The translations under genes and the position numbers were made by a program. From NCBI RefSeq assembly GCF_025526975.1, contig NW_026515670.1:1054001-1118000 (forward strand): a stretch of 64,000 nt of DNA. The letters are read 5' to 3'. The DNA comes from Fimicolochytrium jonesii (lineage: Eukaryota). Shown here piece after piece: positions 37,170 to 49,779 of the stretch. The notes beneath the pieces are model-generated. The model was not told the DNA's origin, did not search any database, and saw only the letters and a program-made list of their open reading frames with translations. The stretch's first letter is position 1, and the number at the start of each line of letters is the position of its first letter.

Positions 37170-40100
37170 ATGTCGTATCTCACGGCCAGGTGCACCCAGT
37201 GCAACGGGACTGCGAGGCTGCACAAGGACCTCGCTGTCCCGTGCACAGAAAATGCTGAATGCCCCGGCTGTTCGCGATGCCGGAATTGCATCGATGGAAA
37301 AGTGGTGTCCGTGCCGGGCTTGTCGCGCGCGCACACGAAAGTAGGATCATCCCACAGTCGGCAAACGTCTTTCAATTCCAATGGCGATAAGGTGGATCTG
37401 CGGACACGGATCTTTGGGGCTGATGGCGGCAATCTGCCACCGGCCCCCGTTCTGCATATACCGGCAACGCCTACTGCTAGGCAAGACATCGACCCCGCGA
37501 GTCTCCCGCCAGCGCCGCTTCTAGTGAATTCCAGTCCGTCGTTACAACAGACTTCGGCACCACCATTATCGCCGGTCCTGGCGTCCCCTGTGGAGGCGCA
37601 AGTGCATGCGCCCATTTCAGTTTCGGTCCAGGCGGCAGGAGAGGAGAAATTGTGTCCTGTCCCGGAGGCCCCTCCGTCTGACGCAGAAGCGTCTCAAATG
37701 GTGACAGATTCTCCGGCGTCGGGTGCACTCGAAACGAGCCCTCAGGTCCCTCAGGCGAAAAACACAAGATCTCTGAAAGAAGTGGACGCTATGCTTGAAA
37801 CTCTTAACTCTGAGGACTATCCTAGACGTGGTCGATCTTTGCAAGACCTTGTAAGCGGGTCGCAGGCCTCGCTCGGGAAGACGTCCATCGACGGTTCACC
37901 AAGAACAGAAAAGCGCAAGATGGGGTTCATGTTCGGGTGGAAGAAAAAGTCGGAATCCCAATTACCGCAATCTCTCCATGGAGAACCGTTGGCGAGTGGA
38001 GAGCAGTCCAAGGAGAAAGCCGAGACGAGGCAAAGGTCGAAAACGGCAGAGCCATCATCGGGCAAGCCCTTCCTTTTGCGTATGCGGAAAGCCGGATCTG
38101 CTGTGGGACTATCACAGGAAAAGCTGCCCATGGTGGTACCGCTGGCCAGCTCCGATGATGGGGGAGGTGGTGGAATTGGCGTGGTTGCTCCCTCGTCCGT
38201 GTGGGTACGCAATACAGCCTCGCCGCGGATCCATGACATTGTCTCGGAACTAGTAGTGGAAACCAACACGAAGCGCCTCGTGTCTCAGTACGATTCCGTC
38301 GATCTTTTAAACGACCGCGCAATCGCCAAAACTACCAAACCAATCTTCGAGGAGGGATTCGACAACAAGAGTAAGAGCGTTGAGAACCTACCGTCGGAAA
38401 GAAAGGGCATCGTGTCAGAATTCTTCCATTTCGGTAAAGGCAAAAAGAAGGCTTTAGGCCTAGAAGCTGCAGCTATGCCATCAAGCATGTCGCTTGCGAA
38501 CAATTTGTCACTGGATAGTCCCAGTCGCAGTGCGACAGCCAGCCCACCACCCCAGACCCCATTGCAGGCAATGAGCGGAGGGGTGGCGGTTAGAAAATCG
38601 AAAAAGCCGGTATCCGCAAGTCGAGCGAGTCCCTTGAGTTTGCAAAGTGATAGTGAAGGCAGTCCTCTGTCGGCCGTTACCGGCAAAGAACATAAGCGGT
38701 CACCGAGTAAAACACTAAAGGACTGGTACGGCAGATTTGCAAACGATGCTCTGAAGCAACGAATAGAGGAGTTGGGGCAGAACGTTGTCTTTGAGGAGCC
38801 TATCACCCTGCAGTTCCTTTTCGCCAACAAAGCTCTGCCGGTCGCAGACACCGCATTATCGATCGCACGCAGCGCCGCTTGCTACCGAGCGATACGGAAG
38901 GATCCCAGTTGGTCGGAAAGAAGGGATGGTGAGGCCCATGGCATCACTAGGGAGAAAAACCCTGAATATCTGGAGCTTGCCGAGGATGTAGCCTGCAGAT
39001 ACAGGCCGCTTGACATCTTCAGTGAAGGTCGGCTGCAAACCGTTGCCTATGGTGTTTCGGAATATGCGTCGCTGAACGTGGTGCAGTCTGGTGCCCCTGA
39101 AGACTTGCTTGATGCTTTGATTTTTCCTATGGATCAAGATATGTCGTATGCGGAGGTGTTCCTTGCGACGTTCCGATTCTTCATGACGACACATACGGTC
39201 CTGAACAGCCTGATCGAATGGTATAACGTTGATATCGAACCAGAATCCAGAACGCCAATCACTCCGAAAGCCGATGGGGTTCTTGAACATCCGGAAGACT
39301 CCATCGACATTCCACCGGCGGACCAAAGAGCGCACCAGGAGCTCTTCCTGAAAAAGAACCGGAAGGGGATTCAAGCCCGGGTGGTGAAGACGATCATGAC
39401 GTGGATTAAGAACCACTGGCAGGATTTTCAAGACGACGTTCGGCTCTTCATGACTCTACAAGTATTTGTGGATCATATCTCCGGCATTGGTTTTGGGGAC
39501 GGGCAAAAGCTGTTCCAAGCGATACGAGAGCAGGTAAAAGTCTGACGCATCTCGCTCTCAATGGCCGTCGAACTAACATCCAAACGTCATTCAGAGACTT
39601 TCGTGGTATACTCTGCAATATATACCCGCCTTTCCTCCGAAACGCAACATCAATGAAGATAACACAAAGTCATGGGCTTTTCTATGGGAACCGGAAGCTT
39701 TGGTGAAGGACCTCACGCAGCTCGATCAGTTCTTCCTCCGTCAAATACGTCCGGACGCATATCTGCATGTCCTGGCGTCGCCCCCACCGAAAACGGGGGC
39801 GGGACGGAATATCCGGCTTAGAGCCCTGTTGGAGTATTCCAACTGGTTTCGCTTGGTAAGAGAACCAACTACCTCGTCGATGCGAACTGCGAGGTAAACT
39901 CTGATCCGGGCTTTTTCAGGTCGGTAGCTATATGGCCACAATCGTTCTTCAGGAAGATTCCACAAGGAAGAAGGCACGAGCAATAAAGCGAGTGGTCAAG
40001 ATCGCAAAGGTAAGCAACAGATCATCATCTTCATCATTGTCCATTTGTTCTCTGACGTGTTTGTGATGCTGGGTTTAGGTGTGTCGGGATGTTGGCAACT

Positions 40101-41039
40101 ACAACTGCGCTCTGGCAATCATGTGGGCAATGCGACGGCCATCTATTGTTAGGGATCAAGCAGCCTGGGAGGTACATCTTCTTTGTTATATGATACCATA
40201 GGAAGGCGCGACTTTACTGAAGTGAAATTTCTACTTGCTACAGCTTCTCCCGTTCAAATACGTCGACATATTCATGGGCTTCCAGGCCTTATTGGATCCC
40301 ACTGACGCTTACGCGAACTACTGGGCAGAGTTCGAGAAAGCGCGGCCACCCGCGATACCGTTCTTCGGTGCGTCTCTTTTCACATCGAATTAGCGGCTAG
40401 GCCCTGACGAATGTAACTCACGCTGCTTGTCCTGCAGGTGCATATATGCGAGATGTACTGGAATCCCAACGCGATTTGTCGGCTTCCTCAGATACCAGTG
40501 ATATCTCACCCGATCGATCAACTTATATGTCGAAAGCTCGACGCAAACCGGGGCGAAACCAAACCCCAATCGGAGAGAATGCGCACGACGGCAAATCAAG
40601 CCCACAGCAATCGTCTCCTTCCTCCGTAGGAATGAACATATTCTTCCAGCAATACTACGATCTTTATTCCATCGCTTCAGAGCTCGAAGTCTTCCGATTA
40701 GGCACGTCCACGTTTACGACGAACGAGGATATGGACAAGGGCACAACGTTGCTAACCCACATGCAAGACTTTGCGATCGATAAGGACACGGGGGCGTTTA
40801 TGGATGAAGTTTTGGAACGCAGCATTCTGGCCGCCTCGCCCACGAAGGGCGAGGCGAGGGCTGACGAGTCTTCATTAAAGCGACAGGCTTCGGAAGAGCA
40901 GAGTGGGAGTCGCAGAGCATCAAAGAGCGAGGAGGTGCCTGCCGCTCCCGAGGCGATAGCTGCTGCCGAAGCCGTGGGCGAAGGCGCCGATAAGCTTCCG
41001 GAGGTGGCGGAGCTGCCCGAACAAGGGCAAGGGACCTGA
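37170..41039 (+). CDS. Ras-family guanine nucleotide exchange factor (REM + CDC25 domains), about 6 exons
   Basis: REM: YAEVFLATFRFF...RVVKTIMTWIKNHWQDF. Catalytic pieces: LVKDLTQLD, VKIAK/VCRDVGNYN, YANY and PPAIPFFG/AYMRD. Confidence 0.88.
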
Positions 41040-41493
41040 AGTGATCCTAGTCTCGCACCATTACAGCACGCATTACCACCACTGATTCAAAGTGACATTG
41101 ACTCATACCACAAAAGCATCAGCATCATCACATTTTTTTTTGGGAGAAAAGGATTCCGGGTTTTCTAAAGGTTCATAATGAACAATACGTGTTGTGGAAT
41201 GTATCATAATTGAGCGTCTATATTTTTTGTCGCAAATGAATCCAAAAATGTGTTGACAGTCTAGTTGATACGTATGAAGGAGGGCGACCTTCCGATGCGA
41301 AGCGAACATAGATCTTTGACATGCAGCATGGGTTCCGTGATTTTCATAATGTCCGCTTTTGCAAAGGGATCTTCGTCCTCAGGTGAATGGGAATGGGTTT
41401 TGAAACAGAGTTGATGACCGATTCTGATTTCCGAGACATTTACGATACGATAAGAGAGCGAGGGCGGAGGTGCGGATTATTGGACGTGCTTCT

Positions 41494-42838
41494 TTAACGA
41501 CACATCATCTCGTATTGATCCCGGACTTCTGCTTCGTCGCGATCGTGTTCTGCGCATGGAAGAGCTGCCCACCTCAGGAGTTTCGAGCCTGACATGCATA
41601 TCAAATGTGAAAAACGCAACGTGAGAAAGCGATTGCTGGCAAGGACGGAACGACATAACTGTTCCCACCTGACGCGTCCACTCTGTCGACGGGTTGCACT
41701 CCGTCAGAAAGGAACATCCAAAAATGACCTGCATCCAGAAACCGCCGGTTATTATATGCCAATTCCAAGAGCAACAGAGATGCTCCGCATCAGCGCCATG
41801 AGTCATACCGTTGTTACAAGCCTCAAGGCACTTTTCACATGGTTGTGTTACATGGTAGCCCACGACATTTCCGCAGCCAAGGCAAGCCGCATCTCGTATC
41901 CGACATGAGCAATTCTGCGTCAAATAGTCGCCGTAGACCAGCTGCACCCCCGTCGGCGGCGTGTCGGTGGAATACAGCTCAACTTTGGTGTTTCCGAGCA
42001 AGATCGCTTTCATCCCGCGGCGGCACATGACGCTGGTGCAGTGGCGACAGAAGAGTTTGCATACGGCTTTTGATCTGAATTGGGGGTGGACGGAGGGATT
42101 GACCGTGCCGCTTCCGACGACGGGGCGAAACCGGTTTTCGGACGGCGGCGTCGTCGCGGATGGTGGGGGATGGAATAGCCGCCGACGTATTGGTGTGTGA
42201 GGTTGTCCTTGGGTTTGCGCGGGGTTGGTCGTCGTAGTCGTGCTTGTATGGCTTGATGGGGAGCTGCGACGCTGCTGCTGTTGTTGCTCGCCGGTTCGGG
42301 TTTGAGGCGGGTTCATCGCGACCTGTCGAGCGGCCTGCTGCATCATGGCGTGGATCATCGCGGCCCGATGTGCTGAAGTGGACTGGGACATGGGCGTCGA
42401 CGACGACGTGCTCGATGTGGAGTTGGACGCGAGTTGTCCTAGCGACATCCGCCCCTGACTGCCGGCTCGCCCTGCCGCCAAGAGTGTCGCGGTCATCGAG
42501 CTTCCACTCCGACGCTGGAAACTCCGCGCCAAATGAATTGACCGGCTGCGACTCGGCGACGCTGCACCACTCCCACCACCCACGCTACTGTCATTATCCC
42601 GTCGTTCTGGTAACATCGGCGCCGTCATTCCTGTGTTGAGGCCCGACAGCTCGATGCCGGCATCGCTCGCGGACGCGGCGGTCGTGGATGCGTCTGATGA
42701 AGGCGTGCTGCTACGTGGCGGTACGTCGAACCCTGCGAACGGATTGATGTGAACGGGAACTGGCGTTGGTGCGATGATGCTCCCCCCGCCGGCGGACGCC
42801 CTGTTTCCACCGGTAAATCCGTTACCGGACCGCGACAT
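41494..42838 (-). CDS. FAM72-family protein with long low-complexity N-terminus, 3 exons
   Basis: VCKLFCRHC...RGMKAILL...LYSTD...CSCRIRDAACLGCGNVVGYHVTQPCEKCLEACNNG/HFWMF. The last exon ends in LRWAALP...MMCR*. Confidence 0.9.
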
Positions 42839-43865
42839 TTGCCAAGTGGGACGTTGCGTCGCACACCCTTTGTTCGCGTTTTTTGGCGAAATGTGGCTTT
42901 ACCGATCCTTTTCGTGCTGATGCGTGGAGTCGGATTGTCTGGACGAACAAGAGTTAGTGAGCATTGGATATTCCACCGTACATCTGCATGATATGCGCGC
43001 GAGCCATCGGCATCGTACTGTGCGAAGCGCGTTCATAAAAATCTCACCTTCACCTCCAAGCTTCCTGATATCAGAGGATGCGCAACACAGTCCGGGCAAT
43101 CCCGCCAATAGACGGTAGCCCACAATATTCGCGCAGGTAACAGTAAAGGATCAGTAGACGCCCAGCGGAAGCACGGCCGGTCAAAAGGAATAGTCGGTTT
43201 GGGGGTCGGGGTCATAAACGGGCAACTGTCAACGCACGCGCGCCTTATACCCTCTTGAACCATGTGACACCGGCTTGGTGACAGCAGCCGTATGTGTATA
43301 GAGAGCAGTGTATGTGCACTGGTGATTTGGTATTATGCAATAGGTTCCCGATGCAAGCTGTATGGTTTCAGAATCACGACGGAACCGAACGGAGCGGGCC
43401 AGACCATGAAAATGCGGTCTTTGGCTGGTAAGAACAATAAGGAAAAGGTTAATCATCTGTAGTTGACATCCATCGTTTCTGGTCTACCGGTTGAAGCCGT
43501 TGCATTCCACAAGGCTCATTTCATGGACGGCGCCGCAGGCTGGTTGAGGCGGAGTTCATATTCGGAACCGTCGTCAAAAAGTGCATCACTGCGTTTTCAA
43601 ATGACACCCAACCTAACACGATGTGCACCCGTGCACAGTTCATTCCAGTCTAATCCAGTGCTCTTCCGGCTCTCCTGCCACATGTGAAGTCCACCACAGA
43701 CCATCTTCATCGTAATCATTGGTGGCCGGTGGAGGATGCCAGCATATACAGTATTTCCGCACTTTTCCGACGTGAAAAGCCCTCCGTCGTGTAATTGTGA
43801 AAAGCGGGCGCGTTTACATAACGCGTTCACAGGGTCTTGTGAGGTCAAGAAAAAAAAAGATTTTG

Positions 43866-43939
43866 TGGTTTCTACCAGGTTCGAACTGGTGACCTTCTGT
43901 GTGTTAGACAGATGTGATAACCAACTACACCAAGAAACC
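43866..43939 (-). tRNA. tRNA-Val(AAC)
   Basis: Acceptor stem GGTTTCT/AGAAACC, anticodon arm TCTGT-CTAACAC-ACAGA, T-loop GTTCGAA, and a downstream T-run (Pol III terminator). Confidence 0.96.
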
Positions 43940-44116
43940 TTAGATATCTCGAACTCCAGATATAAATATATACACGTTGCTAGAGAAGCTCGGGTCATGT
44001 TCGTCGGTCATCATTCTTGTCGTTGTGCGAAATGGCGTCGTGAGGGGAGCGTTGCATCGCATTAAATTCAAGCTTATGGTATGATCTATATACAAGTGAT
44101 ACTTCGTAGAAAGAAT

Positions 44117-45145
44117 CTATGGATTACGGCCAGCTCCGAACGGTGAGAACGCCGCGCCAGAAAAGCCCTCAAAACTGGCGGCTGCGGCTCGCTCGGTCTG
44201 CCCTGGCGCTGCTACACCTTGCGCTGGAGTTGGCGCAGGAGCTTGTGCTGGGTTAGGTGCTGGTGCGACTGGAACTGCGTTGCCGGGAGCGGGGTTCGCG
44301 GCAGGTTGAGCTGGAGCTGGAGTTGCGTTGGCGGGAGCACGCCCTACGCTTGCTTGTGCCGGCGCTACAGATGGCGCTGCAGAGGGCGTCGTGGGGCCCG
44401 GAGCCGCAGAGCTTGTCGAGACCGTCGGTCTCCGCACAGGCAAACCAGAACCCGCCCGCCTCGCACTCCTCAACCGATCTTGATCGATCTTTGGGCATTC
44501 CCAGGTCGGGTCCTGCATATTGATCAAGGCTTGCACCGGTCCTGGCTCAACGCATGCGCATGCCCGCGCGAACTTTGACGGCGAGAGAATCGACGCATGG
44601 TTTGGATCGTTCACGCCCGTGCTTCCGTTCAGACACGACGCGCAAGTCTTCCACATTTGCGCAATGCCCAGAAACACGTCCTTCGAAGGGGCAGATTTCC
44701 CGGCGGTCGGACCTCCAATCCCACATATGCATTCCCCTACAATCGCTTCCAACTCTTGCGCGGTTTGCGGAAGCTTGTTCGGTTGTATATTTGTCAAAGT
44801 CGAGTTGCAGTGGTTTACAACCATATCAACGAACATGCCCGCAGGAAAGCACCTAAAGAATGAGGTTGATTTTGAGTTCCAGGGCCTTCAGAGGAACTAC
44901 CAGTGTCAAGGTAAGACATACCAGTTCGCGTAGCAGTCGGTCGGAGGATACTCCATCGTTCCATCGTCGTCCCCGTCCACTGGTGGGACCACCGAGTAGA
45001 AGAGGGCGTCGATATCCAACCAATCCGCGTCGTTGGAGGGCGGTTGTACTGGCTTCGATGTTATCGTTGGCGGAGGCCGTGCTTGCCCGTGGACAAGGTT
45101 GACGGTCCAGGCTGCCAAGGTCGCGAATAACAGTGTCCTGATCAT
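44117..45145 (-). CDS. Secreted protein with 10-Cys domain and Pro/Ala-rich tail, 2 exons
   Basis: Signal peptide MIRTLLFATLAAWTVNLVHG; intron 44853-44921 joins YANW/CFPAG; CxC, CxxC and CxC motifs. Confidence 0.8.
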
Positions 45146-45764
45146 TATTGCTTTTGTCGGAAGTTGGCGAGTGGCAATTGGTTCTGAAGATGCTGTTCCG
45201 CCAAATGCTGAACCTGCTTGATATTGCCTCTTCCCGCCTGTTCTCTCCCCAAGTCGATTCCGAGGGTCTTCTAGAGATGCTGGTCCGGGAGGCTTCCTGG
45301 CTTCTACTGCTGCTGCTGCTGCTGTCAGTCTGAACGTTCCGCTACATATACCGCAGGTCACGTGGAGCGGCCACCCACACAGCCCTCAAGCACAAAATCT
45401 TGCGACCGGCCGCAGTTGGAAGATCGTATATGCGGCCAACACGCACGAAGTTGGGGCGTTATGCTCAAATTCTCAGGATTCAGGGAACATTCAACAGGGG
45501 CGGAAATCTGGGCGGAAATGAGCCCTCCGAGAAAAGCCGGGGCGAAGGAGGCCGCCAAAGCCTCGCTGTGTCAAACTGCTATGGGAGAGGTCACAGGTGG
45601 GTAGAATTCTTCCAAGTGACCAACACATTAGCAGTAAAGTGGGAGGGCTTTCTGTACAGTATATATGCGAGGAGGTTCGGACAAGAGGGACACTAGAGCG
45701 TAGAGAACCCGGTAGTCGATCCCACCGCCCGTCCGCTCATCGTGATCTACAGTGGTGTTGAACC

Positions 45765-48700
45765 ATGGACCGATACAGCAGCCACCTGCAAGCCTCCGAT
45801 AGCGAATATAGCAACCCACGGGCAAGCTATGCTTCAGCAACTTTAGAGGACGACCACGACTCGGTTGCCAACACTTTAAACAACGAGCCGTACCACCTGC
45901 AGCGCCCTTATGTACATTCTACGGCTCCCGGGCTGCAGTACACCCCGTCCGATGCATTTATAGACAATGCGTCGATAGACCACACGATAACCCCAGCGGA
46001 GACCACACCTCCGCGTCCATACGGGGCCCTGCCGGATTATGGGAGACTGCATGCAGACGGGCAGGGCTCCAGCTCCATCAGAAGACGAGTCGGAACCGTT
46101 GTGAATCGACGAACGAAGACCATCAAGCTGTCGTCGCAGGGCAACTTTGTCGTGAAGCAAAAGGTTCCGCAAGAGATCAGATCTAAGGGAGCCTACGAGA
46201 AGGGCGAAGAGTTTGAAAGCCTTCGCTACACTGCAGCCACTGTGGATCCAGATGAATTTGTCGATCGAGGATACAATTTAAGAGCCAGCAACTACGCGAG
46301 ACAAATCGAAATTGCGGTCGTTGTTACAATGTATAACGAAGACGAAGAGGGCTTCAACCGCACGATGTTTGCTCTGGCGGAGAACATTCGCTACCTGTGT
46401 AGAAAGGAGAAGAATGGTTGGGATGCAGATGGATGGCAGAAGGTTGCCATCGTCATCGGTAAGTGCATTGCCGCTTTCCGCTTCCCGGCCTCCCACACCC
46501 TGGCGTGACTGTTGGACGCTCTTGACTTCCATTCGATCAGTCTCGGATGGCCGGTCAAAGATCCACCCGAATGTCCTCAAAGTTCTCGAAGTCATGGGAG
46601 TATACCAGGAAGGCTTGACGCAAGCCGCTGTCAGTGGCCATGAAACAACAGCACGTAAGCACATCTGCCAGCACTTCCAGGCAGACACGACGTGATGCAA
46701 GTCTAACATATGAACATCAATGTAGACATCTTCGAGTATTCTCCACAAACTTTCCTGGACCCGAAAATGCAACTATGGGGCGCCCGGGAAGGGATGCCTC
46801 CTATGCAGACGATCTTCTGTCTAAAGGAGAAGAACGCAAAGAAGATAAACTCCCATCGCTGGTTCTTCCGTGCGTTTTGTAACATTCTCAATCCTCGCGT
46901 CTGTGTGGTACGTTCTTCGCAGCGCTTGGCAGTCATTGCCTACTTCCTATCTCACATCGCGCTTCAGATGATTGATGTCGGGACAAGGCCTACGCCAAAT
47001 TCCCTGTACTCCCTGTGGAAGACGTTCTCGCGCAACCCACAGGTACGTTGAACTCTCGACGGAAACCTTAGTATTTGTGTCATTGCTAATTCCGACGTTA
47101 TGCATACAGATTGCTGGAGCCTGTGGAGAGATTCGCAGTGATATGGGAGAGGGCCTCCCCTACTTCAAGAACCTCGTCAATCCTCTAGTGGCCAGGTATG
47201 AGCCCGTTTTTGCCGCTGGAATGTAAAAAGCATGCCTTGACAACCTCGCATTTCGCCAACAGCCAGAACTTCGAGTACAAGATCAGTAACATCCTGGACA
47301 AATGTGAGTCTCGAATGCTGTTGGCCGTTCTCATTGTTTTCATTGGTCTTCTCTAACGCCGACCCTTCTCTCCTTCTAGCTCTCGAGTCCGCGTTTGGGT
47401 ACATCACAGTTCGTAAGTAACCGTTGGGCATGAGATTTTACTCAGAATCGGGACGTCAATGCTAATGTGGCACTAGTCCCTGGAGCTTTCTCGGCTTACC
47501 GATGGACAGCCCTGCAAGACATCGGTCCCGGATCTGGTCCGCTGTCGAAGTACTTCGAGGGTGAAGCAAGGAATGGTGTTGTTGCAGATAGTTCTATCTT
47601 CTCCGCCAATCTTTACTTGGTAAGCGGGAAACCTGGCTATGGTACTCATATGGAGGGCCAACTGCTGACTACTTCAAACACAGGCCGAAGATCGTATCCT
47701 GTGCTTCGAACTCGTCGCAAAGAAAGGATCGAATTGGGTCCTGCACTATGACTCGCGCGCAAAGGCTGACACTGATGTGCCGAACACGATTCCGGAGTTC
47801 CTGTCCCAGAGGAGACGATGGCTGAACGGCAGTCTGTTTGCAGGGTTCTATGCGCTCATGAATCTTCCGCGGGTGTGGGGAAGCAAGCATAGCTTGTTCC
47901 GAAAGCTGGGTTTCACTATGCAGTGGATGTATAATGTGGTCAATCAGCTCTTTTCTTGGTTCATTCTCGGTAGGTTTTTAGCACAAGTAGGATAACTACG
48001 GCGGTGCCTTTGCTGAATCATTTTTGTTCCTCCTAGGGAACTTCGCCATCACATTCTTCTTCCTCTTCTCGGAACTTGAACAAATCCTCGCCTCTCCCGA
48101 CCCAACCACCGACAGCTCGGCCGAAGTCCGTAACAAAATCGTCAGCGTGGTCATCAACATCGCTCGCTTCTCCTACCCCGTCGTCCTCGTCTGCCTCTTC
48201 ATCATCTCCTTCGGTAACCGCCCGCAAGCCTTCCGCCTGACCTATAAAGCCGTCATGCTAGGTTTCGGTGTCATCGGCGCCACCATGATCTCACTACTTG
48301 TCCGTCGCTTTGTCATGACCCTCCACTTCTTCCAGCGGATGCCGACCATCAACTACACCGAGATGATGAAACCGGTGGTTAACCCGTCGACGCTGACGAC
48401 TAATGATGGCAGTCAGATGTTGGTCAACACGCTGTTGGCGCAAATGAGCCGGGTCGTGACGAAGGAGCTGGATAAGGAACTTGCGCGCGCGCGATGGGAG
48501 AACCTTGTGTATTGCGTGACGTTGGGATCTACTATCGGCGTATACTTCCTGGCTTCGTTTATGCATTTGGACTTTGCGCATATGTTCACGAGCTTCGTTC
48601 AATGTGAGTATCAACGAGTTGCATAGCAGCCCTTTCCGAGCAGCTTCTGACCAAAACATTTTTCATCGTTACAGATTTGCTCTTATTGCCGTCGTACATC

Positions 48701-49240
48701 AACGTGCTCACTGTATTCGCACTGAGCAACCTGCACGATATCTCCTGGGGAACAAAAGGGGACACACGCCCAACCGCTCTCCCCGCAGTAACAACCAGCA
48801 AATCCGCCGAAGGCGTGACAATGGCCACCGTCCAAATCTCCACATCCCAACAAGAGCTCTCCGACCACTACGGCGAAACCCTCGCTGAGCTCCGAACCTT
48901 CCAACACCAAGACCCCTCCCAAAAGGGCCCCAAAACAGCCCTCGACCAAGAAGACTCGTACAAGTCCTTCCGAACCACAATGATGCTGCTCTACCTCGGC
49001 ACCAACGCCGTGTTGTTTGCTGTCGGCACTACGCAGGTCACCGGGGAGGGGTACCTTAACGTCCTGCTTGCCGCGACGGCGGGGCTGTCGGTCGTTAAGC
49101 TGATGGGGAGCGTGTACTTCATTGTGGCGAAGAATATCGCGAAGCTGAGGTGGAAGGTGAAGGAGAGGAAGTTTGCGCATGGGGTTGACAAGATGACCCC
49201 GATGGCTTCGGTTATTGTTGATCGGCCTTATGGACACTAA
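45765..49240 (+). CDS. Chitin synthase (division 1 type, no myosin motor), about 11 exons
   Basis: Motifs [53 protein letters not shown] and HDISWGTKG. Confidence 0.96.
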
Positions 49241-49779
49241 TCCTTCGTTTTGCAACATATCTCCCTCTCTCTTGTACACAACCACATTAACATTTTCTGT
49301 TCGAATTTTTGTTAACATGTAATATACGAATCTATTCGCTGAGCATCGAAAAAGGGAATTGCTAGAACGATACTGTGTGTCCGGACTTCTTAGCAACCAC
49401 CTTCTGAAACTTTTATGATGTTTTCCTACATATGGAACCGCCTATCGCCGTGCCCGCCACCTAAACATTGTCTAATGATATTATCTCTTTGGAAGTCCGA
49501 TGTGGTTCGGGAACCTCCCCACACCCCTCGAAAGAAAGGTGTCGGCGCACCTGTAAAACGAAAGATCACAACATCCGGTTCGCGAAAACATTCTACCATA
49601 ACGACAGATAGGGTGCACAGAGGGCTTACCTTCGATGGTGCGGCAACGGGTGAATGACCATGTTGGTCTCGGCCGTTTTGTGGACTGTGATGGTAAACCA
49701 CAGCCTCGAACCGTCATGATGTGTCCCGGGTTGTTTTCTCTTGCACTCGTATATGCATCCCGTACACGTATCTTCTATT

